Assembly: GCA_002633005.1 (NCBI GenBank) | Contig: NMRA01000320.1 | Location: 188,328 to 252,327, forward strand | DNA from: Phoronis australis | Lineage: Eukaryota; Animalia; Phoronida | DNA length: 64,000 nt | Reading direction: 5' to 3' | In this document: one piece after another, positions 38,546-52,300 of the stretch | Numbering within the stretch: the stretch's first letter is position 1 | Layout: the number at the start of each line of letters is the position of its first letter | Program-made: the position numbers and the translations under genes | Notes under the pieces: generated by a model | What the model was told of the DNA's origin: nothing | What the model saw: only the letters and a program-made list of their open reading frames with translations | Databases searched by the model: none

Positions 38546-40306
38546 GTAAGGTATCTCTAATGAATTGTGTAGAAACGCGTCTGCGTTGGCTAAAACAATT
38601 TAAAAACTGATACGGAAGAGCTATACTGAAAAACAGCCTATTAACCAAACCGTTATTTTTCAAATAATTTCCATCCAGAAAAATCCATAAATTATATGAG
38701 GTTATCACATGTTTAGCTAGCCCTATGAGCTATACAGCAATAAATCACAAGAGTTAGCAAACCCATTATATATGCAAGCATGGCTAGACAAAGGAACAGG
38801 CCCATAAGCAAGTTGCATAACACAACCACACATTGTGTCTGGAGAACATTTCCACAATACACACTTATGACTTCTGGCTGCCTGTGCCATATGGCACCTT
38901 TTACAGGGTGCAGACTGACAAAGTGAGAAAGTATCCATGAAGAGAGATTTTGACATGGTCTAAATGGACACAGCCATGTCAATATGTTACTGTGTGCCAA
39001 GTGCTTTATGGCAGAACACTTGCTCCAGGGCAAAACTTGGAATGGTGCTTGTGTGAACAAGATCAAAACCCGGTGAAACACAGCCTTTGGGTGTGGAACT
39101 GCATCATCAACCTCTTTCTACCAATAAACTGTCGTCAACAGCATAGACCATGTTGGAAGTGAAGGATACCCGATGTCCTGTGGTGTTGAAGAAAGCAAAT
39201 CCATGATTAATTAACCACATAGGCATGACAGATGACTTGAAGTAAGTTGTAAGGTACTGCCAGGGAGTAATATACATGATATTGGTCCTAGGGTACTGCC
39301 TAGCATCAGACCAGGGACACAACCTCAGCAACTTGCAGTGTGGAATGAAGCTAGCCAGTAAGGGATAAACCTTAGAAACTGTAACCAATATAAAGGAAAG
39401 TACCCAACAGACAAAAACACTGACACTTAAGGTAAACATGAAACACTAACAGCTTCACTGAGTAAAACACGGGCAAAGGGCTAGCGTTATATCCAGACAG
39501 ACAAGCTGTCGGAGAAGGGATCATTTTGAACAATAGTTAGTTCCTTTTCTCACCAGGTAATTATGATCAGAAGTTTGTTTGTTTTCTCACGCCCCAAACC
39601 ACCTTTAAGCAAAATTTGATGTCACAACATCTTCACTCTCTATGGTAAATTGATTAAGTTGACAATAAAAGGGCTCTCACCCTCCCCGGGGGCAGGTGTG
39701 TCTTATGATGCGAGCGATCTGGTTACCAAGTGCCGGCAAAATGCCTGCAAAAGTGGCTCTAGTAATCGTTTCACATGCCTGGTGTTTTTGCTACTTGCGA
39801 ACGTGCCAGTGAAAGTGCTCAAGTTATAGCCAGAGTGCGATCAGTGTTTAACATGGTACTGCATTAAAAATGCAAGACAGCAATTTTGGACATGTCCGTT
39901 GGTAAAGGAGAAAACCGTTGTACATAGCAGCCTTGCCTAGAGTAGGTCATGTTCAACAAAATCCAACATTTCGCAAAAACAAGACATTCGTTACAGTCTC
40001 TACTGCTCCGTCTGCGCTCTAAAATACACAAAAATCTGCTGGATATTGGAGAGCATCCTCACCTGTGCGGTTATAGCAAACACGTTAGGCACAAGTTACT
40101 CCTGAGAAACTATTTATCTCCATTTGCAGAGGTTCAGCAGCTGTGTGTCTGATTGGATTTGATTCGATTTGCATACCACATACTAAAGTAACTGTTACAT
40201 TGCCCTACAACCACCTTGCTTTGTTCAGACAAAAGCCATGATAACTATAGGCAACTAGTTAACAAAAAAATTTCCAATTGTTGCTTTACAGTAACTGAAC
40301 AGTACA

Positions 40307-40479
40307 AACTGTACTGTTTAAAGAGTTCTATTAAAGTTCTTTTGCAATGTTTACCAGGTACTTGATAAAATGAAAGTCATATTGTGGGCCTAACTGTACT
40401 GTTTAAAGAGTTTTATTAAAGTTCTTTTGCAATGTTTACCAGGTACTTGATAAAATGAAAGTCATATTGTGGGCCTAAC
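40307..40479. repeat. 85-bp tandem duplication
   Basis: Units start at 40307 and 40392 and differ by one substitution. Confidence 0.95.
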
Positions 40480-40789
40480 CTTAGGTGTGATTCATCATGC
40501 TGCAGCAAAGGCATAGTGAATTAGTGCCATCCAATCATCAACTATACCTTAAAAATAATGATTCTTGAGTATTTATATGCTAATACATTAGAAACTCAAC
40601 CTGTCACCTTGTACTTCCTCAATAAATTTGTACAAGAACTGCTGTCATCAAGAGGTCTATTCATCAGGGAATCTGATTTAAGTCCCATTGAATAGAGACA
40701 AGCAATTACATCAGCAATGGATTTATAGCAATAAAACACTGGCCAAAATAAAGTGATATCATCAGAAACAATAGAGATGTTCACATCTC

Positions 40790-40973
40790 AGAATAGTCGA
40801 ACATCAATCTTACTAAACAATAACACTTGTTTTATCCTGGCACTGGCTGTGTGTGGGGGGAATTGCTGGTGAACTGTGGCAGGGGTGGGGGCGTTGTTGG
40901 AATCATGGACGCCCTGGAATATCGGGAACCCCATTTTAGACACCCTATTTTCGAAATCCTGGATAAAGCCCTG
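40790..40973 (-). mobile_element. hAT-like MITE family C, partial inverted copy
   Basis: Reverse-complement match to the start of 23978-24441. Ends GGATAAAGCCCTG. Confidence 0.8.
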
Positions 40974-43167
40974 CAATGGACTAGATTGGTACCTGGATTT
41001 AGCCTGGAGCCCACGACTGAGAAAATGCTGCGCTCTTGGGAGTTGAAACCCAATGAGAGTTTTATGGAAACTAAAATGTAACTGATATACTGCACCTTAA
41101 ATGAAACATCACCAGAAAGGGCGGAGATCGTGTTCAGGTTCAGATTTGCGCATGACGAAATGAGACAGCTAATTTCATAAGCATAACTTTCTAAATTCAA
41201 AAGACACATACATCGTAGACGCTGAACTTCCAAGATACTCGAAAATGGAGGGCATTTACAAAATCTGACACTTTTTTTACGGAATTAGAGATTTCGAGCG
41301 GAATTCCTGTATTTGAGTAACAGATTCTAATATTTTTGGTTTGTAAATAGAAAAAAAGAATATCATCCAACCGATTACCAATTCAACATATTCTGGCCAC
41401 AGAGCAATCAACGATGATTTTGTAACAGACAAGTTCACATAGTTGTTCATTCTTTCTTAAGATGATGGATACCTGTATCTGTCTTAGAGAAACAATACCG
41501 TACACATAACATGTAGCAAGTTATCTCTGGAGCCTGGCATAATGCAATAGAAAAATGTAGGTAGGTAATTCTCAGATCATTGGTATGTTATCACTTTGAA
41601 AATAGTAAAACAGAATTTTCTTATTTACAAAATGGAACCTATCTAGCATATTTTGTTTTTGGAAATGGAAAATCAGGGTTTAATACCACAGGAAGCCAAA
41701 ACTTTGTAAATGCCAAAGCTCATGATTGATAAAATCGTAGAACTTCTTAGAGGACAGGTTCCCGAAGAGATAGGTTGGGTGAAGAGATCAAGATACACAC
41801 TAGATTCAAATTGGTTTCAAAGCTCATTTTTAAGAACAGTATATTTCTCACATCCGTTCTATGGTTAAATGATACAAATTTCTTTCATTGGTAAATTCTT
41901 GATCACTTAGAAGGAAAAAAATACCTGGTGTGGTATTTTATTAATTGTACAAGCAAACGCACAAGGACAGAAAACTTTATCTACACTTTTACAAAGTGAA
42001 CAGACAATGAAGAAAGTGCTGAAATAAGGGAGTCACCTTTTGGTGGGGAGGAGGGAGATATTCTTTATGAATGCACATAAATCACACGTAACGGTTTAAT
42101 TTCCAAAAAAATAAGAATTGTATTACTAGAAACAGGACTGCAAGTTTCATTTTATTTTAAAAATAAAGATGACAGTTGTCTTTGTACTAGGGCAGTAATC
42201 AACAAGTCAAGCACTGCAGTTTGAATACAATTTGGATAACGTACAACCATTTCATACTCTATTTGCACTCATCTAAATTAATTTTTTCAATGTACATGTC
42301 TGTTGACTACATTAAACTCCAGTAACTTCATCAATCATCTCAACACTAGTATTGACACACCACCAGGTCCACTGGCCAAACCCATTTCCTAGAAGCAGAA
42401 AAGTCAATAAACAAAGGTCACAGGAAAGTGACCTTCAGGGAGGTCACACGAATGGACCACCAATCTTGAAAAATCAGAAATTTGTTTTTCTGTCACACCC
42501 CTCTGTATTTTTCATATCATTAGAATTTAAAATATGATTACACACAGGTGCATGGAAATTGCACACTGTGGATTACAATGCATGCAGTACCTTTTTATTT
42601 ACCATTACCAGTATCTCAGTACCTTTACACTCTTATTGCATCACCAACACCAAGCAATGTACAACACTGTCCCATTTATGTTAATCATCCAGAGAAATCC
42701 TCTCCTTTTAGTTTAAATGAGGAAGCATTACATGTGTCTCTGGCCAATAATAGGTGAGCTGTAACATTTCAAATGTGTTTATGTAGATTCTTCTTGACAC
42801 ATAGTGAAAAGAGGAACAATGTCAAGTGTAGCATCCATTAGTGGTTCATCAAACACACAGCATCTGAAAGCCACACACCATTGGTAGGCTGTGCTCAGCT
42901 GGACCTCCAAGTTGAAGGCTCAGGCTCCCACATGCATCGCCTGAAAATCTCTCACACAGAGAGTGCCCCTGTGGCACTGGCCCCCGGACACCGGAGCATT
43001 TACTGCAGAGCTGCCCTACGTTATATTCCCTAAGGCGCCAGACATGGCCCAGTCCGGTAGAACTCAACTAGGTAAAACTGTGGGGCCCGACGGCATCATT
43101 GCGGCAAACTGCAGACTTCGCCCAAAGGCCAGACTGACTATCTAAGCTACATAGCATTTGGGAACAA

Positions 43168-44329
43168 TAGCTCACTTGCAAGTTTCTCGTTAGTCAATGT
43201 GACGTCACCGGAAGGGGGGCAAAACCCGCCATATTGCTCTTGTTTTGCCCGAGTCTTTGCTACATACACTAAATCTTACTGGAGTTCTTATGGTAAATTT
43301 TACGCTTAAAACGTTAACACATCTTAAGAGATGGTAGATGGATCGTGGAATAACTGTGAATGGACGAAGAAAATGTGAACTTGTTATGTCGTGTGAAGAT
43401 GTGAACGGACTGAAATTGGAACTCAACCCGATCTAGGCCTGAATGCTGCAGGCATACAGCTTTACAGGGGGGATAGTATATCACCATAAAAAGTTACTGA
43501 CTTCAAAATACAGCAAATAGAATCAAATGAAACATGCATATGTGCACATGGAGTTATATTTAACACATACCCTGACTCTGTATACAATTTAGTCTACAAA
43601 TAAGTTGAACATATCCATGAAAACCTCGTGGTTTGCTCAAGTTTCTCTCACCGGGCGCCATTTTGAGGAAGTTACGTGAAATCACGCCTGTTGACGAACA
43701 AAAAGTCCAAGGGACACAAATCTTACAAATTTCACTTGATATTTTCTCATGTTCTTTTGCAAGTGTCACGCGCCAGGTCTCGTGTTTCTCTCAGTCTAGC
43801 GGTAACCTTTGCTTCATACTCATCTGACTCAGTTGAAGTACTTTGTGGTTATTGCGCAAGCGGTCAAAGTTAACAGTAACCACAAAGTGGAGTTGGAATT
43901 CTTCGCCAAAGTCACCTGAATTCCCTTAGGTATGCTCCATCGAAGATATGTTTAGAAGCAGAAAGGATCACTGAAGAAAGTAAGCGCCTTCTTGGGTGAT
44001 AATTTTAGGTGTAGAAAGTATTTTTGACGAGGTAAAAACGTAATCAGTGAGCGGATTTCACCTACCACCCGTTTAAACTACACGGGACGAAATTAGTACA
44101 GAACACAATAGAACGTATTGTAGTGCGAATCTGAATTTCATTTGCCATAACAGCAATGCTTGTTTGGCATTTTTCGAACTAAACGGCTAAAACCTCGAAG
44201 AAAATAACAGAATACACTGTGTTACCGTATTGGGCAAATGGCCGAACGACAAGCTTTTGCCCCACTTCCCGTGACATCACAGTTAAGTCTCACAATCTCG
44301 CATTATTGTTATAACTTGCAAAAGAACTA
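43168..44329. mobile_element. ~1.16-kb non-autonomous DNA transposon with TAG...CTA termini (Academ-like)
   Basis: Imperfect TIR TAGCTCACTTGCAAGTT / AACTTGCAAAAGAACTA. A second inverted block TGTGACGTCACCGGAAGGGGGGCAAAA (43198-43224) pairs with TTTTGCCCCACTTCCCGTGACATCACA (44255-44281). No clear TSD, so the superfamily is tentative. Confidence 0.55.
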
Positions 44330-46532
44330 TTAAGAACCCATGCTTCCTAGTGATATGTTATTTTGGTAAAAATTTATTTACAAACAAAAACGCAGTGAGT
44401 GACTTTATTGTTAGTATGTATGGCTACAAGCAAGCAACACTGGATAAGGTTTAGAATTTGTAGAAACTGTAGTTGTAAGATGGATGGAAAGGAATTTGGC
44501 ATCCGTTCTTGTGTGAAATTGAAAAAGATGCATTCTCTGTATGCATGAACATTACCATGAAAGAAATTAAAGAGTGAAATAACATCTACAAAAAGTTAAT
44601 TTCAATTTGGCCATGGCATTCTGTATCATCAAAACACAAACATGATTTATGATGCATGAATCATGAGTGAAAACAACAGCTAACCTCCAGTGACACAAAC
44701 AGTGAACGCCAACCAAGAATGCACTAGACTCATCCCAGCGTGGAAGTAAAAATTGATTACGAAAGTGTTAAATACGATAAACTGGGAACAAAATCAATGT
44801 ACCTCTACGTGGATCTTTGCTTTTCAAGAATTCCAGGAACTACTTATTGAATTCCATTTCACAAGGCTAAGCAGTAATGTACTGAAAATTCATAGTCTAT
44901 TTTTAGAAAAAGTTTTCAAAACCATCATTTTGAATTTTTAATACATTGATTACCCCGCAAAAAAATCACAAGTAATTTTATTTAATCAACGCGCCGAATT
45001 AGTTATCCCTTACATCCAATTAAAGACAAGTTCACATTCACAATGTAAAGGCGCCGTCATTTACATGGTCACTTGCTAAGAATCTGCAACATTCTTCAAA
45101 AGTTGCCTTGCACCCATGTTGAAAATGTTCCGCCACTTTGAGATTTCAGAGTACGGGCGTGATTGACCTATATGAACTGAATAAAAGTACGCCTTAATTA
45201 AGTAATGCTACACCTTGTATAAGCAAAAGTGTGCATTTTATCAAAAGTACACGTTGTGATTAGGCACACAACGCGCAGGCACAGAAATGTACTCGTTTAA
45301 GAACCCTTTGGCGTTTCATACCTTGGACAAGTCACAGATGGTGAAAAGAAGTTGTATCCTCGAGTGTCAATTAGTACTAACTGGATACATCTGTTGATCT
45401 GCTAAAGCATATATATTCCCCTATAGTGTATTTAACTAAATGCTGTTTTGTTAACTGAAAAATAACGCAAAGTGATGGATTATGACATTTATGTGAATGG
45501 GAATTGAAGAAAAGTACCTTTGACCTCTTGAGAGTAGAACACAAGAATTGTCACAACAACACACAGATAAACAAAATGGAGACCACTGACAAGCATCCAG
45601 CCTGACCTCCACTAAATGTTTTTTAGAATGACTATCCTGGCACTCAGTCAACAGAAAACACTTTTAAAAGACATAAAACTATCGATAAACAAGCAGGAAA
45701 ACACTGTTCAACTTGTTATGACTGCTTGTTTTTTGGGTTTAGTCAGTCATAAATACAGCTGTCGTAGTTTGTTGGCAGGCTTTGACCGTCAGGATGTTGA
45801 ACAAGTCTTGTATTGGAGTTACACACATACAAAATGCCCGCATAGGTCATTTACTGCATGAGCCAAAACTTGCGTAACCTAAGCGGAGTACTTCCATCAC
45901 TTCGGTGGCTAGAGTGCCCAACCAATCTTGCCAGTTCATCACCATCCTATAGTGAATTCTCAGTTTGCAGGATCATTAAGCCATTTTTAGCTGACAGAGT
46001 GCCAGGAAAGCTATTACCATTTCTTGATCTAGTAAGGAGATTTCCATTGCAATTTACTGGTCATGCTGTGATGCAGCCAGGCTAATTGTCCACTTCTAGC
46101 TACACTTGAAAATGTAGAAACAAATTTAGTTTTTCTAATAAACAACTAATAATTCACACCCCTATAAATCAACAATTTATTTAAATAGCCTGGATTTTTA
46201 ATTATGAAACGGACCACCCTTTACCCGCAACTGTTGGGTGTCGAACGCAACAGTTGACTTGTCAGATATTGCTAAAATCATCAGTTTTCTTAATGTTTTT
46301 GTACGTGTCGCATCATGCCCAAAATCTTGAGTACCCCCAGCTTGTTCTCTTGTGGGCATAAATGCTGCATAGGCCAAGTAAATTGCAGAATCAAATTTGC
46401 CAAAGCAATCACCTTCATGAAACCCAAATAAAACAAAAGTTCCCGCAGAAAATAAAAAGTACAAGGATAACTTCCATGACTTTTGTCATAAATTTACAGT
46501 GTCACAAAGTTTGCACAGCACTACTGTAACAG

Positions 46533-47974
46533 TAAAAAGTATATAATCAGTACAGAAAACAGTGGACATTATTCGCTTTTATTCATTCCTTGGTGGTCGT
46601 TTTTTGTTTAATGACGCAGCACACAAGTATCGTGTTGTTAAACTCAACAATTTCAACACATCAATTTTAACTTCAACAAAAACAACTTTATAGTGTATGA
46701 TTACTTGTGGTAAAATCTGCATCATATTCGGATAGGCTGCCATTTTGGGACAACAGGAATTAAATGCAATATGTTCCTTCCTACTCCGTAAAATGCATAC
46801 ATGGTCCATTCAACTGTCCAATGTCAAATAATGTCACGAATATCAAATTTGTGTCCCGTGATATCCAAATCAAGAGAAAATGTATTATATATAATCTCCC
46901 GGGTTAGCACCCTGGGACCTCAAATTGAAAAACCCAAAAATGAGGGCTGGGCAATTACGGAAACAAGGGCATTTAAATCCGAAATATCAATTAATTGGCG
47001 ATGGGCGTTAACCCGAACATAGACACATAACAAAGTCAGACAGTCACCCTGGCAATGTATTGAAGTTGACAAAACCCAAGTTCAAAGAATTTGCTGTAAA
47101 TGAGTTGTAAAGGCGAAAGTTGAATCATCACTCTNAAAACTAAAATTGCCACTAGGGGGCACACCGGTAGTCGGATCCATCCGAAAGTTCGCACATGCCG
47201 TCCCATTCATGAATGGAACATATGTGCCAAATTTCATGAATGTATGTCAAAGGGTTTTGGAGATAGAGCAGCGGACGCCGGATGCCAGACGCCGGACGGA
47301 CGCCGCCCGGACGGACGGCCGGCCGGACAGAGATGACAGCATAATGCGTCCACATATAAATATGTGGGCGCATAAAAAGTATATAATCAGTACAGAAAAC
47401 AGTGGAAATTATTCGCTTTTATTCATTCCTTGGTGGTCGTTTTTTGTTTAATGACGCAGCACACAAGTATCGTGTCGTTAAACTCAACAATTTCAACACA
47501 TCAATTTTAACTTCAACAAAAACAACTTTATAGTGTATGATTACTTGTGGTAAAATCTGCATCATATTCAGACAGGCTGCCATTTTGGGACAACAGGAAT
47601 TAAATGCAATATGTTCCTTCCAACTCCGTAAAATGCATACATGGTCCATTCAACTGTCCAATGTCAAATAATGTCACGAATATCAAATTTGTGTCCCGTG
47701 ATATCCAAATCAAGAGAAAATGTATTATATATAATCTCCCGGGTTAGCACCCTGGGACCTCAAATTGAAAAACCCAAAAATGAGGGCTGGGCAATTACGC
47801 GAACAAGGGCATTTAAATCCGAAATATCAATTAATTGGCGATGGGCGTTAACCCGAACATAGACACATAACAGAGTCAGACAGTCACCCTGGCAATGTAT
47901 TGAAGTTGACAAAACCCAATTTCAAAGAATTTGCTGTAAATGAGTTGTCAAGGCGAAAGCTGAATCATCACTAT
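46533..47974. repeat. ~600-bp direct duplication (46533-47134 / 47373-47974) across a single N; probable allelic haplotype duplication
   Basis: Copy 1 ends at the n at 47135. The copies differ only by scattered SNPs. Each contains a family-B-like terminal fragment (GGGCGTTAACCCGAAC). Confidence 0.9.
47136..47378 (+). mobile_element. 3' end of Helentron-associated (HINE / DINE-1-like) element
   Basis: (GGAC)n-like microsatellite, then the terminal hairpin ATGCGTCCACATAT-AA-ATATGTGGGCGCAT and an A-run. A close copy lies at 56570-56782. Confidence 0.75.
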
Positions 47975-48636
47975 CTAACTGACATATGCGTTCAAGTATG
48001 CAATGTGATGCAGGAGAAAATTCGCGTTTAAACAATAACTGCCAAAATTCTAGGACCTACTATATGAACGATTGAAAAACATCCTGTCAAAAACTTCTGC
48101 AAAGCTCTGAGCAAATTTCACAAACAAAAAATCTTGTGACTTGTATTGTTTACATACTCAGAAATTAATTTTGCATAAAATTAAAACCACAATAGTTGCA
48201 TTTCTTTGAATTTCTCAAAAAATTGTTTCTTAAATCGATGACAAAATAATAATTTAGAAAACTGTACCATAATTTTCACCATATCATCTTGACCATTTAC
48301 ATGAAACAAAATTTGGTCATGTTATTCATACTGTTGTTTTGCAACGAATGTGCCTTGCTTTTTGCTAAATTATAATAAAAAACACGGTCACATGACTCAA
48401 TTAATGACACATTGGTAAAAAATCAAAATCATTTTCTACAGGCTTTCTAATTTCGGAAAACATACATCCTACTAACCTAAAATTTGTAGATATTTGGCTA
48501 AATATATAGACTTGGTGATAAGGTGATAAGACCTTACACAACATTCATGCTGTCTATAGAGCACAACAACAACCATTAACAACAGCTTGGGGATGATAAG
48601 GCATTGAGCCTTGATTAAAATGACCCAAGTGTGCTT

Positions 48637-48903
48637 GAAGCATGCTCCAGGTACAGGTGTTGCAGTCCTTGCCCTACGGACAGTGCACCGAAGCATGCTC
48701 CAGGTACAGGTATTCCTGTCCTTGCCCCACACACAGTGCACCGAAGCATGCTCCAGGTACAGGTATTCCTGTCCTTGCCCCACACGCAGTGCACCGAAAC
48801 ATGCTACAGGTACAGGTGTTCCTGTCCTTGCCCCACACACACTGCACCGAAGAATGCTACAGGTACAGGTGTTGCAGTTCCTGCCCGACACACACAGTGC
48901 ACC
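48637..48903. repeat. 53-bp minisatellite x5
   Basis: Units start at 48637, 48690, 48743, 48796 and 48849. This explains the repetitive ORFs reported in several frames. Confidence 0.95.
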
Positions 48904-49229
48904 ACAACAATCGCGCTTCTCATCAGCAGAATTTACAAAATAAGTGCACCAGTGAATTTTGATAAAAAATTATTTTTATATTCAGTTCCTCCGACATCAT
49001 TGCAACGACCGTATCTAATGATGGTTGACATTGCATAAACGTGATATCATATCCTTATGACGACCATGTAAAGTTCAAGATAGTCTGAAACATGGATTGG
49101 ATTAAGTGGTACTTGAAGAAAACTTGTTCAAGCAGTGTTCAAACACAGAGACCAATTTTGTAGGTTGGTAATTAATTTCCCATTTGGGCATGAGGTGAAC
49201 ATGAGATCTAGTCCAATTGTGAATTTGAG

Positions 49230-49371
49230 ACAAAGCATTTTTTTAAAAAAAATCTGTGTGTTTGGGGAGATTGCTGGGGGTGGTGGGTTATGCGTCGGAA
49301 TCATGGACGCCCTAGAATATTGGGAACCCCATTTTGGACACCCTATTTTTGAAATCCTGGATAAAGGCCTG
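49230..49371 (-). mobile_element. hAT-like MITE family C, partial inverted copy
   Basis: Ends CCTGGATAAAGGCCTG and matches 23978-24120 in reverse complement. Confidence 0.8.
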
Positions 49372-52300
49372 GATAGAAGGAGAGTGCTGATTCAAATTTC
49401 TCATTGGCAACTGGCCTTGTGAGAAATTCTTTGAACTTTGAGTCTATGGACTTCAATTTCGAAATCATAGGTAGCCAAGGAGGCTGTCTGGCTTTAAGAC
49501 CCCCAATTCCGGGTTCGCCAAATGTAAGCACCCAAGGTTTTAAGATTAATGTGCATGGTAACAGTATCACTTTGGAAAACTCAAATATGAAATATAAGTT
49601 TTAACAAAGTAGAATTCAGTAAAAAAATTAAAGCTACGATATACCCCATTTAGTTGGATAAAAACGCAAATTGAATTAGTGATTTTACTCTTGTAAAACC
49701 AGTCTCGTAATAATTCTATTACGGTTACCAGAAAGAACATCAAACCCATCAGCAAGTGCTTCAAGAAAATGCTTTTAAGTTTATCGGGGTTGACCAGGCC
49801 TAAGCTTGCGACTTCGAAAATTCTGATGTACGTATTGCATGCAACTTGACTTGGTAAAGGAAATAGAATGGGGTCACAGTAAGCAATATTATGAGCTATT
49901 TTGTGTGAGTAAAAGAGCTAACTCAATTTTTGGTTTTTAAAGAACAGAACAAGGCGAAATGCAGCTTTACATTTATTTTGCTTAATTTCTGTTTGGTTGA
50001 CCATGAAGTCACATGATATTAGTGGTAGGGCATAAAGTCATATGACTTTAGTTACATAAGCTGAAATTTACATAAAGATGGCTTGTTGGTGAAATTTTTG
50101 ATGTGCTAAATAAGCATTCATGAGCAAAGTGAAAGGCATCTTTAAACCATCAACACTGACTCAATGACCAACAGATGGTGCAACAGGCCATGGCAATGAA
50201 CCCTGATCAAGGTGATAGAAACATGTCAACTACTAGACACCCTGGTGACCATCTAGACAAACATAACAGAGATATCAACCTGACTGCATTGTAGACCCAC
50301 ATGCAGCACTTGTATTGTCACAAGAACAGTGAATTCAACCCCATAATACAACATCCCAACCTCGCCGACCAATCACTTTGGTAGTCATATTTTGCTAGGC
50401 TTTGCTACTAAGCTCTGAAAATACTCGCCAAACACTCGCCTTTCAATTCCATTGTTTTGAGAACTCTTGCTTTTTTGGCCAGATTCTTGCATTTGCGAAA
50501 TGCAGTGCAGCTGCATGAGTCTTCCATCTCAGTTAACACCAAACAAAAAGCAATGAAGGAAATGATAGTCAAAACATTTTCACAAACTGCTTCAGAATGT
50601 CTTAAACTTACAAAACCTAGAGTCATCCCCAAAATCTTTTTCTTTTGAAGTTTGCAAAGAAATCGAGGAGAACGTTTATTGATAGGGCCAATAGTTATGT
50701 AAATATAGTTTATTTCAGTGTGACCAATGCTATTTCAGTGTGACCAATACTATTTGAAAATGAAATTGGTATGTTCCATGAAACCTAACCAGCATTTGCC
50801 ATACACATAAATATCATTGAAGTCATGAACAGTGAGCCAGATCAAGTTATTTTTGCATTTTGGTAGTCAAATTCAGTGCCCCTAATTGGGCTTATGGGAT
50901 AATAACCATACAAAACATGGAGTTTCTGCAACAAAAATACAGTAAAGCTTCCTAAAATTCAAACAAAAGTAAGGGCCGAAAAATTATCATTTTTTACTTT
51001 CCGAACCTTGCTATTCATTGCCAGAATTTTCAACATTTCATTATTTGTTAATGACAGCTGTGCTATAAAGTATTCAAATAATGAAGTAAAGCAGTCTTTT
51101 TGTTTACTCTTGTTTAAAATTTAAGTTTTACTATTTTGGCCATATTGTATCCTAATTTGAAGAGGCTTTACCGTAGTTATGGAATCTCCCAACAAATAGG
51201 TCCTCTTTCAAGTCTATTTTCTCAATGGATCGTGGGTGTCTGAATTTTCCAGCTGCATCCCCCGTCAAAAATATTGAGTATCACCCCATGGGCCGAACCC
51301 ATTGCATAGGCCATTTAGTGCAAGGGGGTGGATTTCTAAGTGCAAGCCACCCATTAATGTGTCATAATGTATCAGCTTGTTGAAGGGCTCTGAATTGAAG
51401 AACTCAAAAATTATGCAGTGGGCGTTGAACCCAGTATAGCAGAAATTGTAGAAAGGATGGGCATTTTACCAAAATGGACATTAATCTACACTTATTATTC
51501 CAGTACATGTTTTCATGTGCACACAATACAAAACCTACATGACAGGGTGTGTGGTAAACAAAATTCCTAAGTAGTAAACACTTGTTAGTCTTTGCCCTGT
51601 GGCGTAAATAGACATTGCATAACCAATAGAGAACTTGTTGTTGGTTTACTGTAAATGAAACAGAGAATAGCTTTCACCTGTTAGATGAAAGTTTTACTTC
51701 CTGCCCCAGGCTTCCCATGAAGGATGTCTTGATTTATATTTGAGGTGAAATGGTCATCCAGTCTCTCTGGGACTATCAGACAACTGGGACTTATCCCGAG
51801 ATGAGTCTGGGTAATCTATCTTTGATAATCCAGTTTAACCATCATAGGAGGCCTTTTCCCATGGGGCCACTGAGATAAGGTGAAATTTTAAAAATTTCAA
51901 ATTTGAGAGATAGGCACTGAAATATGTAAGGAGAGGCAATTGCAGAATGTTAGATTTGAAAGATGAGTATTTTCTCTTATGACATTATTTCTGATGACAC
52001 AGTACTTTTGTTTAGTGTCTTCTCGGTCTTTCATTCGAATTTGCCTTCATTACTGCTCGAGTAACCACAAAAACTTTTGAAAATAATAACAATTCACCTG
52101 AAATTTTGTCCGAAGAATTTTCTTCATGAGAGAACCCAGTAACCTCAAGTTATAACGGCTAGTGTGACTGTGACAACAAGAATGATCGATAATGTAACCT
52201 ATTTAAAAATAGACAGCCTCCAGACAAAACTTACCAAACAAAGAAAATACTGAGAAAATGATGAATCCCAGCCACCTTCAACATATATCATGGTGCCACT

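Noticed and set aside
38713-39439. Cys/His-rich ORFs as a GIY-YIG or zinc-finger remnant
   Set aside because: Only a vague TSNMVYA resemblance. No consistent motif across frames.
42850-43150. Telomerase RNA or RNase P/MRP RNA
   Set aside because: GGCTCCCACATGC resembles the vertebrate TR 3' end, but there is no CTAACCCT template nearby on that strand. RNase P/MRP conserved regions could not be matched.
48472-49038. Overlapping 106-139 aa repetitive ORFs
   Set aside because: By-products of the 53-bp minisatellite. No splice context or recognisable domain.
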